24,000 bases of DNA from an uncultured Alphaproteobacteria bacterium (GTDB lineage: Bacteria > Pseudomonadota > Alphaproteobacteria > Rhizobiales > Beijerinckiaceae). The notes under the pieces were generated by a model. It was not told where the DNA came from. It did no database searches and worked only from the letters and a program-made list of their open reading frames with translations. Below are positions 9,227 to 16,770 of the stretch, piece by piece. Within the stretch, counting starts at the first letter, position 1; every line of letters begins with the position of its first letter. The position numbers were made by a program, and so were the translations under genes. The stretch is from NCBI GenBank assembly GCA_963710275.1, contig CAVPZS010000002.1:529669-553668 (forward strand). The letters run 5' to 3'.

Positions 9227-9272
9227 CTATCGCCTCGCCAAAAAACCAAAAATGCTTCTGGAGGAATTTGCA

Positions 9273-10121
9273 GTGACTGAGAATGATGCAGCCGTGCTTG
9301 GCGCCGCGGGAATGTCGCCGCAGGCGGCGATTTGGTCGAGGAAATTCGACATATTGGTCATCATCATTGCCGCTTTCTTTGTGGCGTCGGTGGTCTACAT
9401 CAACTTTCTCCTTTTTGCCGGTGATTGGGACTTTTTCATCGATTTCAAGGATCGTGAATATTGGGTGGTGATCTACCCCATCGTGCAGATCATGATGGTG
9501 GCGGCATTCCAGGCGATCTTCTGGAACCTGTTCCGGCTTCCGGTCGGCGCGACGGCGTGCGCCATCATGATGTCGATATTGGTGTGGTTTGAGCGTTATC
9601 AAAGCTGGGGAGGCCTGTCCTATTTCCCCATCACGCTGGTGGCGCCGGGCACCTTCTTCGCAGGCGCGCTGATCCTGGATGGAATGTTGTGCGTCACGCG
9701 CAGTTTCCTCGTGACGGGACTTTTTGGCGGCGCGCTATTCGGCCTGACCTTTTATCCAAGCAATTGGGCTTTCTTCGCACCCTATTACCAACCCGTGAAG
9801 CTGATGGACAGCGTCGTGCCGCTCGCCAGCATGATCGGTTACGAATTCGCCCGGACAGGCACGCCCGAATATGTTCGGTTGATCGAACGCGGCACGCTGA
9901 GAACCTTCGGCAGCCCGGTCTGGGTTTCGGTGTTCTTTTCCTGTTTCGTCTGCAGTCTCCAGTACCTCGTCTGGTGGCTATTGGGCTCCCTCGCCGCCAA
10001 GGCGGCTTTCATCCCCGTCGGATACCGATTCAAGCAACTTTACGGCGCGAACGACACGGGTCAATCCGACGAGAAAAATTCTGTCGGCCTGAACGTCAAG
10101 ACGACGGGAGGCGTGGCATGA
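9273..10121 (+). CDS. pmoA: CuMMO subunit A (PmoA/AmoA family), divergent
   Basis: Contains FAGDWDFFIDFKDREYW, FRLPVGAT, SYFPITLVAP, FYPSNW and RTGTPEYVRLIERGTLRTFG. A GTG at 9273 sits 7 nt after GGAGGA (9260-9265). The alternative ATG at 9252 has no SD. The stop overlaps the pmoB start (ATGA at 10118-10121). Confidence 0.9.
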   Translation: MTENDAAVLGAAGMSPQAAIWSRKFDILVIIIAAFFVASVVYINFLLFAGDWDFFIDFKDREYWVVIYPIVQIMMVAAFQAIFWNLFRLPVGATACAIMMSILVWFERYQSWGGLSYFPITLVAPGTFFAGALILDGMLCVTRSFLVTGLFGGALFGLTFYPSNWAFFAPYYQPVKLMDSVVPLASMIGYEFARTGTPEYVRLIERGTLRTFGSPVWVSVFFSCFVCSLQYLVWWLLGSLAAKAAFIPVGYRFKQLYGANDTGQSDEKNSVGLNVKTTGGVA

Positions 10122-11383
10122 AACTCAAATTCTGGCGGAATCCAGCCCTCCTGCCGCTGGTCCTCATCCTGTTCGGACTTCTTCCCAAAACTGCGATGGC
10201 GCTGGGAGAGAAGTCGACCGAGCCCTATATCCGCACGCGAACCGTGCTTTGGTATGACGTGAAGTGGAGCGCCGATAAAGTCGCCGTGAACGACACGGTG
10301 ACGGTGACAGGGAAGTTCCATCTTTTCACCGATTGGCCCGACGCTTCCAATCGGCCCGACCTGGTCTTCCTGGGAGAAACCACGCCCGGCGCGAGCATGA
10401 CCCGCGTCGAGAGTTATATCGACGGCGTGCCAGCCAACCAGTCGACGCGCGGCCTGGAACTGGGCAGCGAACATGAAGTGAAGCTGGTTTTGAAGGCCCG
10501 CGTGCCAGGCCGCTGGCATCTTCAGCCCGAACTGAATGTCAAGGGCGCCGGGCCGATCATCGGTCCGGGCAAATGGATCGAGATCACCGGCGACTTTGCC
10601 GACTATCGGAACTCCGTGACGACGGTCACCGGGGTCGAGATTCCCGACTTGCAGACCTACAACATCGGCCGGGTCCACGCCTGGCACGCGTTCTGGTTTG
10701 TCTTGGGCGTCGCATGGATTCTGTGGTGGCTTCGCAGACCCCTGCTGATCCCACGCTGGATTGCGATGAAAGCGGGGCGCGACGACATTCTCGTGACCAG
10801 CGCGGATGACAAATTCGGAGCGGGACTGATCGTGGTGGCGCTGGTGGCCACGGTGGCCGGCTTCTGGAACATCAATCAGGAGTTTCCTTATACCGTGCCG
10901 CTTTCCGCCGGATCGAACAAGGTCCAGGCGCCTCCCGAACAACCTCACCCCGTGAAGTTCACGGACGCGCGGGCTGAATACGATGTTCCCGGTCGCACCT
11001 TGCGGCTTTACGCGACAGTCACAAATTCGGGCGCGCTTCCCCTGCGGATCGGCGAGTTCACGACGGCGCAACTTCGTTTCGTCAATCGCGACCTGCCGGC
11101 GGAGATCAAGAACATCGATCCCGACTACCCGAAAGTGCTGATCGCGCCGACTCCTTTGAAAGTCGACCCTGACACGCCGATTCAACCCGGCGAGACGCGG
11201 AAGGTTTACATGGAGGCGACAGACGCCGCCTGGGAGACAGAGCGCCTGATGAGCTTCCTGAACGACATCGACACCCGGATCGGCGGCCTCATGTTCGTCT
11301 TCGACGATGCGGGGAAGCGGTATCTCGCTGAAATCGGTGGACCGGTTGTGCCGGTCTTCGCGCAAAAAACGAGCCAACGCTAA
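10118..11383 (+). CDS. pmoB: CuMMO subunit B (PmoB/AmoB family), divergent, CuB ligands incomplete
   Basis: 421 aa. Signal peptide MKLKFWRNPALLPLVLILFGLLPKTAMA, then LGEKSTEPYIRTRTVLWYDVKW, GKFHLF, PGRWHLQPELNVKGAGPIIGPGKWIEITG, AWHAFWFVLGVAWILWWLRRPLLIPR, and the C-terminal cupredoxin domain (PGETRKVYMEATDAAWETERL). Confidence 0.9.
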   Translation: MKLKFWRNPALLPLVLILFGLLPKTAMALGEKSTEPYIRTRTVLWYDVKWSADKVAVNDTVTVTGKFHLFTDWPDASNRPDLVFLGETTPGASMTRVESYIDGVPANQSTRGLELGSEHEVKLVLKARVPGRWHLQPELNVKGAGPIIGPGKWIEITGDFADYRNSVTTVTGVEIPDLQTYNIGRVHAWHAFWFVLGVAWILWWLRRPLLIPRWIAMKAGRDDILVTSADDKFGAGLIVVALVATVAGFWNINQEFPYTVPLSAGSNKVQAPPEQPHPVKFTDARAEYDVPGRTLRLYATVTNSGALPLRIGEFTTAQLRFVNRDLPAEIKNIDPDYPKVLIAPTPLKVDPDTPIQPGETRKVYMEATDAAWETERLMSFLNDIDTRIGGLMFVFDDAGKRYLAEIGGPVVPVFAQKTSQR

Positions 11384-11415
11384 GTTGCAGCGGCCTCGCC
11401 GGGATACGAAGACGA

Positions 11416-12066
11416 ATGAATAGACAAGCTATTCCGCGTCGTGCAGGCAGGGAGCAGGCTTCTGCTCCCTGCCGCGCCAGCCATCGGCGCGCCCGCGTTC
11501 TCGGAGCACTGGGGTTGCTTCTCGCCGCCTCGCTTCCCGGCCCCGCCACGGGCCATGGCGGCGTCGCCATGGACAAGGACGTGTGCAAGCTGCGGCTCGG
11601 CCCCTATGTCATGCATTTCACGGGCTATCAGGTTCGCAACTTCGGCGGGAACACCGAATTTTGCGAGGATATCCCGGCGCTTGGCAAGACGATCCTCGTC
11701 ATGGACGCGGTCGACCCTGTCTTGCGCGAGATCCCGATCACCGCCCGTATCGTTCGTGACGTCGGCGGCGGCAATAAGTTGACCGAAATGGGATCTGAAA
11801 TCGACAAGGTCACGATCGTCAAAATTCCGGAAAAGGTCTATCCGACCGGAAGCTTGTCGATGGAATATGATTTCAAGCAGCCAGGGTATTTCGTTGGCGT
11901 TGTGACCGCAGGCCCACATGGCGAATATGTTTCGATGTTCCCATTCAGTGTCGGCGTCAACCGGAATGCGTATTGGCTCTACGCATTCTTGGCGGCGATT
12001 CCGGTCTTCGTCTTCGGCCTTTTCGCCTATTCGGTTCGGAACCGAAAAACACGTGAGAAAGGCTGA
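11416..12066 (+). CDS. Periplasmic protein with C-terminal TM anchor in the PmoD/AmoD position (family not confirmed)
   Basis: 216 aa. Arg-rich n-region with an RR pair, hydrophobic core VLGALGLLLAASL, and a predicted cleavage ATG|HGGV that would leave an N-terminal His. A beta-rich body contains C..(9)..MH. C-terminal helix AYWLYAFLAAIPVFVFGLFAYSV followed by basic residues. It starts 32 nt after pmoB and ends 1 nt before copC. Confidence 0.6.
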   Translation: MNRQAIPRRAGREQASAPCRASHRRARVLGALGLLLAASLPGPATGHGGVAMDKDVCKLRLGPYVMHFTGYQVRNFGGNTEFCEDIPALGKTILVMDAVDPVLREIPITARIVRDVGGGNKLTEMGSEIDKVTIVKIPEKVYPTGSLSMEYDFKQPGYFVGVVTAGPHGEYVSMFPFSVGVNRNAYWLYAFLAAIPVFVFGLFAYSVRNRKTREKG

Positions 12067-12067
12067 C

Positions 12068-12478
12068 ATGATGTTCGAAATTTTACCAAGGGGCGGCCAT
12101 CGCTGGCGGGCGGCTGGAATATTATGTTGCGCGCTGTTCCATGCCGCCGGTTCGAGTTCCGCCCTTGCGCATGCGGGGCTGGTGAAGTCCGTTCCCGGCA
12201 GCCGCGCCGTCCTGGATCACCCGCCGAGCCAGATCGAGTTGTGTTTCAACGAGCGTGTCGAACTGAAATTCTCGACGGTAGGACTAACAGCGCCAAACGG
12301 CGAGAAGCTTGCCCTGGGCCCGCTTTCGGCGGGTGAGACCGAGCCGAAATGCCTGCGCGCTTCCGCGCCGGAACTGAAGGATGCCGGCGTCTACACCGTG
12401 AGATATCGCGTCCTTTCTACCGATGGGCACGTCGTCGACTATGGCTTCACGTTCAGCTACCAGCCCAAGACGAAATGA
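12068..12478 (+). CDS. copC: Periplasmic copper-binding protein CopC (Cu(II)-only type, no Met-rich Cu(I) site)
   Basis: Signal peptide ending SALA|HAGLVKSVPG (mature N-terminal His). The hallmark is YRVLSTDGHVVDYGFTF. The mature domain contains no Met residues. The stop overlaps the copD start (ATGA at 12475-12478). Confidence 0.9.
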   Translation: MMFEILPRGGHRWRAAGILCCALFHAAGSSSALAHAGLVKSVPGSRAVLDHPPSQIELCFNERVELKFSTVGLTAPNGEKLALGPLSAGETEPKCLRASAPELKDAGVYTVRYRVLSTDGHVVDYGFTFSYQPKTK

Positions 12479-14475
12479 CTCCGGCGATCTGGCTCGTCTT
12501 GCTGCGAGGCGTCGGCCATGGCTGCCTGGCGCTCGCTGCGGGCGGGACTTTGTTTCTGCTGATTTCCCGGCAGACCGCGGATCCCCCCACCATCGCGTGG
12601 ACCCGTCGTTGGCATCGCTATTTGCCTTGGGTCGCGGCGGTCTATCTTGTTTGCACGACAGCTGCTTTGTTTTTTCAGGCGGCGATCGCCGCTGACATGC
12701 AGCCAGCGCTGATGATCCACGACATAGAAATGTTGCGCGCCTATGTCCTCGACACGCGACACGGGAGGATGGCGCTCGCCAATCTGGGCGTTGCGGTCCT
12801 GATGCTCCCTCCAGCGCTAATTCTGTCGTTCCATCGCTGCAGTGACACAGGCGAGAGATTTGCTTTGGCGGCCTTGGCTGCCTTGGCGGCGGCGACGGCG
12901 GGAATGGGCCCGCTGTCAGGACATGCCGCGGCCGACGAGACGACATATTGGCTCGTTCCTTTTCATGTCGGCCATCTCGTGGCGATGTCGCTGTGGATTG
13001 GCGGCCTGCCGCTCTGGATCGCCTTCGCCCACTGGTCTGCGCGACACGCAACTTCCGCATCGCCCGCTTCCGCGCGCATCGTGCGCAGCTTCTCCTCGCT
13101 GGCGACACTCTGCATGGCGGTGATTGTCGTTTCCGGCGTGTTGCTGGCCAGCACATTCGCGGGATCGGTCGGCGACCTTCTCGGCACGAGCTATGGCTAC
13201 CTGATTTGCGCCAAACTGGCGCTGCTTGCGGGCGTATTGCTGATCGCCAACCGCATCCGCCAGCAGTTTCTCCCGCGTCTCTCTGACGCCGGCGATCCCG
13301 GTTACGCGCGGGCGGCGCGATCCGTGGCCGTCGAGCTTCTTTTCGCCCTGCTTATACTCGCCCTCGCCTCTATCCTGGCCCAGACCGCTCCAGCGATCCA
13401 CGATCAGCCGATCTGGCCGCTGCCCTTCCGCTTCTCCCTGGACGCAACGTGGCCCGCGTGGCCCACTCCGCTCGTTACGACCATCGCAATACTGGCCGCA
13501 GCCGCCGCCCTCGGCCTGCTCGTCGCCCGACGTCAACGGTTGGCGCCATCGACACGCGCGATCTGCCTCTTGGTCGCTGTCATCGGTATCGGCGTTGCCG
13601 GCTGGCAAGTGTCCGTCCCCGCTTTCCCGGATACTTATCGCCGCTCGACAGTCCCCTATCTGACCGTCTCGATTGTGGAGGGCATGCGCAACTTCAACAG
13701 CTTGTGCACGGGCTGCCATGGAGCTGGTGCGCTGGGCGACGGACCATTACGCGGTTCGTTGCCGGGACGGCCGCCCGCCAATCTCAGCGAACCGCATACG
13801 GCGCTGCATACCGCCGGCGACATGTTCTGGTGGATCGGTCACGGCATTCCCTCGAGCGGCATGCCTTCATTCGCCGACCAGCTGGATGAGCAGGCGCGCT
13901 GGGATACGATCAACTTCCTCCGCGCCTTTTCCGAGGGATTCCAGGCGCGCATCCTGCAGCCCTTCGTCATTCCCGACCGGCCCTGGTTGGGCGCGCCGAA
14001 TTTCAACTTCGCCGGCAAAGACGGCGAACAGCGCGAGCTGAAGGATTACCGCAACAAATCCAACGTGCTTCTCGTGTTCGCGTCGCGCGACGCAACCGAT
14101 GCGACCCGGCGCGCCCAACAACTTGGGAGCGCTTTGGAGGCGCTGCGCGCCGCCCGATGCGAAATCCTCTTCGTCGTCTCCGACGCCGCCATCGACGACA
14201 TGGGCTTCGAAGTCATTCGCGATCAGGCGGAAGAACTGCGCGCCGCCTACGATTTGTTATCGAGAACCATTGCCAACCGCGGCGACGGACGACAGCTCGG
14301 AATGCGGCGCGACAGCATGGAATTTCTCATAGATCGCTTCGGTTTTCTTCGCGCGCGATGGATACCCGCCGAAGACCCCGGGCGTTGGACGCGCCCTCAG
14401 ACATTGGCGTCTGATCTGCGCATCCTCAACGATGAACCACAAATCCTGGCGTCACCGGACAATCATGTCCACTGA
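12475..14475 (+). CDS. copD: CopD-family membrane protein fused to a c-type cytochrome domain and a Cys-less thioredoxin/peroxiredoxin-like domain
   Basis: 666 aa. CopD core with GHAAADE and HVGHLVAMSLWIGGLPL motifs and multiple TM helices. CxxCH (CTGCH, nt 13705-13719) with a downstream GMPSF Met ligand. A C-terminal redoxin-like segment (NVLLVFASRD..., MEFLIDRFGFLRARWI) has no Cys at the active-site position. Confidence 0.85.
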   Translation: MTPAIWLVLLRGVGHGCLALAAGGTLFLLISRQTADPPTIAWTRRWHRYLPWVAAVYLVCTTAALFFQAAIAADMQPALMIHDIEMLRAYVLDTRHGRMALANLGVAVLMLPPALILSFHRCSDTGERFALAALAALAAATAGMGPLSGHAAADETTYWLVPFHVGHLVAMSLWIGGLPLWIAFAHWSARHATSASPASARIVRSFSSLATLCMAVIVVSGVLLASTFAGSVGDLLGTSYGYLICAKLALLAGVLLIANRIRQQFLPRLSDAGDPGYARAARSVAVELLFALLILALASILAQTAPAIHDQPIWPLPFRFSLDATWPAWPTPLVTTIAILAAAAALGLLVARRQRLAPSTRAICLLVAVIGIGVAGWQVSVPAFPDTYRRSTVPYLTVSIVEGMRNFNSLCTGCHGAGALGDGPLRGSLPGRPPANLSEPHTALHTAGDMFWWIGHGIPSSGMPSFADQLDEQARWDTINFLRAFSEGFQARILQPFVIPDRPWLGAPNFNFAGKDGEQRELKDYRNKSNVLLVFASRDATDATRRAQQLGSALEALRAARCEILFVVSDAAIDDMGFEVIRDQAEELRAAYDLLSRTIANRGDGRQLGMRRDSMEFLIDRFGFLRARWIPAEDPGRWTRPQTLASDLRILNDEPQILASPDNHVH

Positions 14476-14500
14476 CTGGGAAAAGAGGAGGAGCATCAAG

Positions 14501-14953
14501 ATGAAAAAATATTTGGCCATCATGGCCCTGACGGCCGGTCTGCTCGCGCAAACCCCTGCTTGGGCGCAAACTCCCGAGCATCACCATCATGACGCCGATG
14601 CGCCGTCGATGGCCGCGGCTGCTGTCGCGACGCCGCCGCTCAAAATCCTGATGCCGGAAAACGGCGACGCTGTCGGAACGACGCTGGGAGTCATTTTCCA
14701 AACGCCCGCCGATCTCGCGGTGATGACGATCGGTAGCGGCGAGCCCGGCGTTCATCTTCATATCGAGATCGCAGGCAAGACATTGATGCCGACGCACCAG
14801 AAACTCGTAGGCCTCGGAGAGAACCGGTATTTTTTCCCTTTCGACTTGCCGGCCGCCCTGGGTCCCAACACGATCAAGATCTATTGGGCGGACAAGCAGC
14901 ACCGGACCATCGCGGATAGCGTCCAGGAAGTGCGGGTCACGGTCAAGCCGTGA
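14501..14953 (+). CDS. His-rich periplasmic protein (possibly DUF4399-like), putative metal binding
   Basis: SD AAGAGGAGGA at 14483-14492. Signal peptide MKKYLAIMALTAGLLAQTPAWA, mature N-terminus QTPEHHHHDADAP, and an internal GVHLHIEI. It begins 25 nt after copD and is the last gene of the + strand run. Confidence 0.7.
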   Translation: MKKYLAIMALTAGLLAQTPAWAQTPEHHHHDADAPSMAAAAVATPPLKILMPENGDAVGTTLGVIFQTPADLAVMTIGSGEPGVHLHIEIAGKTLMPTHQKLVGLGENRYFFPFDLPAALGPNTIKIYWADKQHRTIADSVQEVRVTVKP

Positions 14954-14976
14954 CGGATGCTTGCTCGGAAAGCTCT

Positions 14977-15897
14977 TTACCGAGATTGCCCCTGGATCGT
15001 CGCGCCAGCCGCCTGATGCGCGAGGAAACCGACAATTTCCCGGGGATCGCCGGCCCAGCGCAAATGGCCGCGCCTGGGCTCGCAATAAGTTGTCGGCGCC
15101 GAGCAACCGCTGAAAGTAACACAATCGCCGGCTGACGAGGGCTGCGGTTTTCCGCTGTCCTGACAGCGGTTGCAGCTTGACCAATAGGCGGCTGCGTCCC
15201 GACCGAAGCCAGGAAAATGTCCGTCATCTGCGCCATGCATGATGAGGACGGGCAGCGGAGCGCCGCAAGCGGCGGAATCGAAATCGCTTTTTTCCCAGCC
15301 GGCGCCGCTGATGGCGATACCGTGGAAGAGCCGGCCGTATTTGGGCAAGACGGCAAGGGCCGTAGCAATTGTGCCGCCATCCGAGTGACCAGTTGCATAG
15401 ATACGATCGGGATCGACGCACCAACGGTCTTTGACCTCGCGAACAACCGCCGCAAAATGGTCAATCGCCGCCAGGCTCATCTGGAGACTGCCGACATAGG
15501 TCACGATGAAGCCGGCCTGCGTCGCCTCGGCGGTGAGACCCGCGTATCGTTCCGATAGCCATGGAGGGAAACCAGCAGGCGCATAAACGACCAGCAGCGG
15601 ATGGGCGTAGCCCGCCAGGTAGTTGCGGGGCGTTATCACCGTAAAGGGCAGCCCCGCGCCGCTGCGCATTTCATGCCTGCCCGCTGTTCCCTGGCGCGTC
15701 CCGAGCGGACAGGAGGTGGCGCTGGCGGCGGCGCCGGGATACGAAGCGTCGGCGGATTCGATCATGTCTCCAGCGTAAAACAGCGTTCTCATGACGAAAC
15801 ATACGGCAACACCCGCCACAAGAAGGCCGAGCGCATAGACGCGGATGCGTGTCGGGACCGAACGCAACGACATCAGGAAGTCAGGTCCAGGATTCAT
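14977..15897 (-). CDS. Membrane-anchored alpha/beta hydrolase (esterase / PHB-depolymerase-like)
   Basis: N-terminal TM helix (VYALGLLVAGVAVCFV), nucleophile elbow GHSDGG, LIMHGADDGHFP, and a Cys-rich C-terminus. The start is uncertain: Met at 15897 or 15873. The upstream part of the ORF reaching 15987 looks non-coding. Confidence 0.7.
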   Translation of the reverse strand: MNPGPDFLMSLRSVPTRIRVYALGLLVAGVAVCFVMRTLFYAGDMIESADASYPGAAASATSCPLGTRQGTAGRHEMRSGAGLPFTVITPRNYLAGYAHPLLVVYAPAGFPPWLSERYAGLTAEATQAGFIVTYVGSLQMSLAAIDHFAAVVREVKDRWCVDPDRIYATGHSDGGTIATALAVLPKYGRLFHGIAISGAGWEKSDFDSAACGAPLPVLIMHGADDGHFPGFGRDAAAYWSSCNRCQDSGKPQPSSAGDCVTFSGCSAPTTYCEPRRGHLRWAGDPREIVGFLAHQAAGATIQGQSR

Positions 15898-16039
15898 GCG
15901 GCGCAACCAGCATCGGAAGCAACGACACCCCGGCCTTGCATCGTCACAAGGGGGCGTTGAAGCGATAAACATCGGTCCGGCCATCACCGGCAGTTACAGT
16001 TTGGCCAGCCATGACAGCCTTGTCTCCGGCCATTTCGAC

Positions 16040-16130
16040 TTTCTGCGATTTTCCCAGCGCCAGTAACTGGCATTTCGCTGACGAATTCAATGTTTTTTGG
16101 CATATTGCGCCCTGCGAGCAGGGGAAGCGC
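16040..16130 (-). pseudogene. Short remnant of the C-terminus of an AMP-dependent synthetase/ligase (acyl-CoA ligase)
   Basis: The minus-strand translation LLAGRNMPKNIEFVSEMPVTGAGKI matches the near-universal C-terminal motif of adenylate-forming enzymes (YK.P..IEFV.ELP.T.SGKI). No upstream body is present and it overlaps a neighbouring gene start. Confidence 0.4.
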
Positions 16131-16194
16131 GACTGCGAACGCCGGCCGGCCGAGTCGTCGCCATGACCTTGCGCTCCGGGAGATCTGCGCCACC

Positions 16195-16770
16195 ATGACC
16201 GAAACCGATCCCTCTCCAGCCGCAGCGGCGCCGACATCGCAGCAAGGGGCCTATCCGCGCTGGCAGATCACCTTGTCGTTTGTCCTCGGATGGGTGTTCG
16301 TCATCGCCGGCCTGGGAGGGCTTTTCGCGACGCCGTTCCTGATTTGGCGGACACGCGACTTTGTCGCCCATGCCGTCCATGCCAACGCGCCGATCGTGGA
16401 ATTCAAAGCCTACCCGCCCGGCAAAAACCAAAGCCATGAAACCTATCGCCCTATCGTTGAAGTCAGCGATGCCGGCGGCGCATCGGCGCGCGTTCTCGTC
16501 GGCGGCGCCGACTTCCCCAGCCCGTATCGCATCGGCGGCCAGATTGAGGTTCTCTACCCGCCGGGGAAGCCGGCGGACGCGGTGATGAACACCACGGAGG
16601 ACACATGGGGCTCCGTCATCGCCGTCCTGATCCTTTCCCCCTTCCTGCTGCTCATCGGCCTTGGCGCCATCGCCTGGATGCGATTTTTCGTCAAGCATCC
16701 GCCCGAGCATCTCTACTGGATCGATCGATGGTTCGCGCCGATCAAGATCGTCCTGCAATTGCTGCGCTAG
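16195..16770 (+). CDS. DUF3592-like two-TM membrane protein
   Basis: 191 aa from the ATG at 16195. Layout is TM, then a beta-domain (ETYRPIVEVSDAGG...YRIGGQIEVLYPPGKPADAVM), then a second TM. Architecture and motifs resemble DUF3592 as I remember it. Confidence 0.6.
   Translation: MTETDPSPAAAAPTSQQGAYPRWQITLSFVLGWVFVIAGLGGLFATPFLIWRTRDFVAHAVHANAPIVEFKAYPPGKNQSHETYRPIVEVSDAGGASARVLVGGADFPSPYRIGGQIEVLYPPGKPADAVMNTTEDTWGSVIAVLILSPFLLLIGLGAIAWMRFFVKHPPEHLYWIDRWFAPIKIVLQLLR

Noticed and set aside
9689-10117. Upstream extension of the pmoB ORF (track start 9689) overlapping pmoA in another frame. The same situation applies to the copD ORF (12349-12474), the copC ORF (11918-12067) and the CoA-transferase ORF (19272-19445).
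   Set aside because: The extensions are Arg-rich nonsense. Internal starts with SD sequences, ATGA coupling or signal peptides give proteins of canonical length.
10061-11377. 438-aa minus-strand ORF antisense to pmoB
   Set aside because: No recognisable motifs and an Arg/Gly/Pro-rich composition, while the + strand encodes an unmistakable PmoB homologue.
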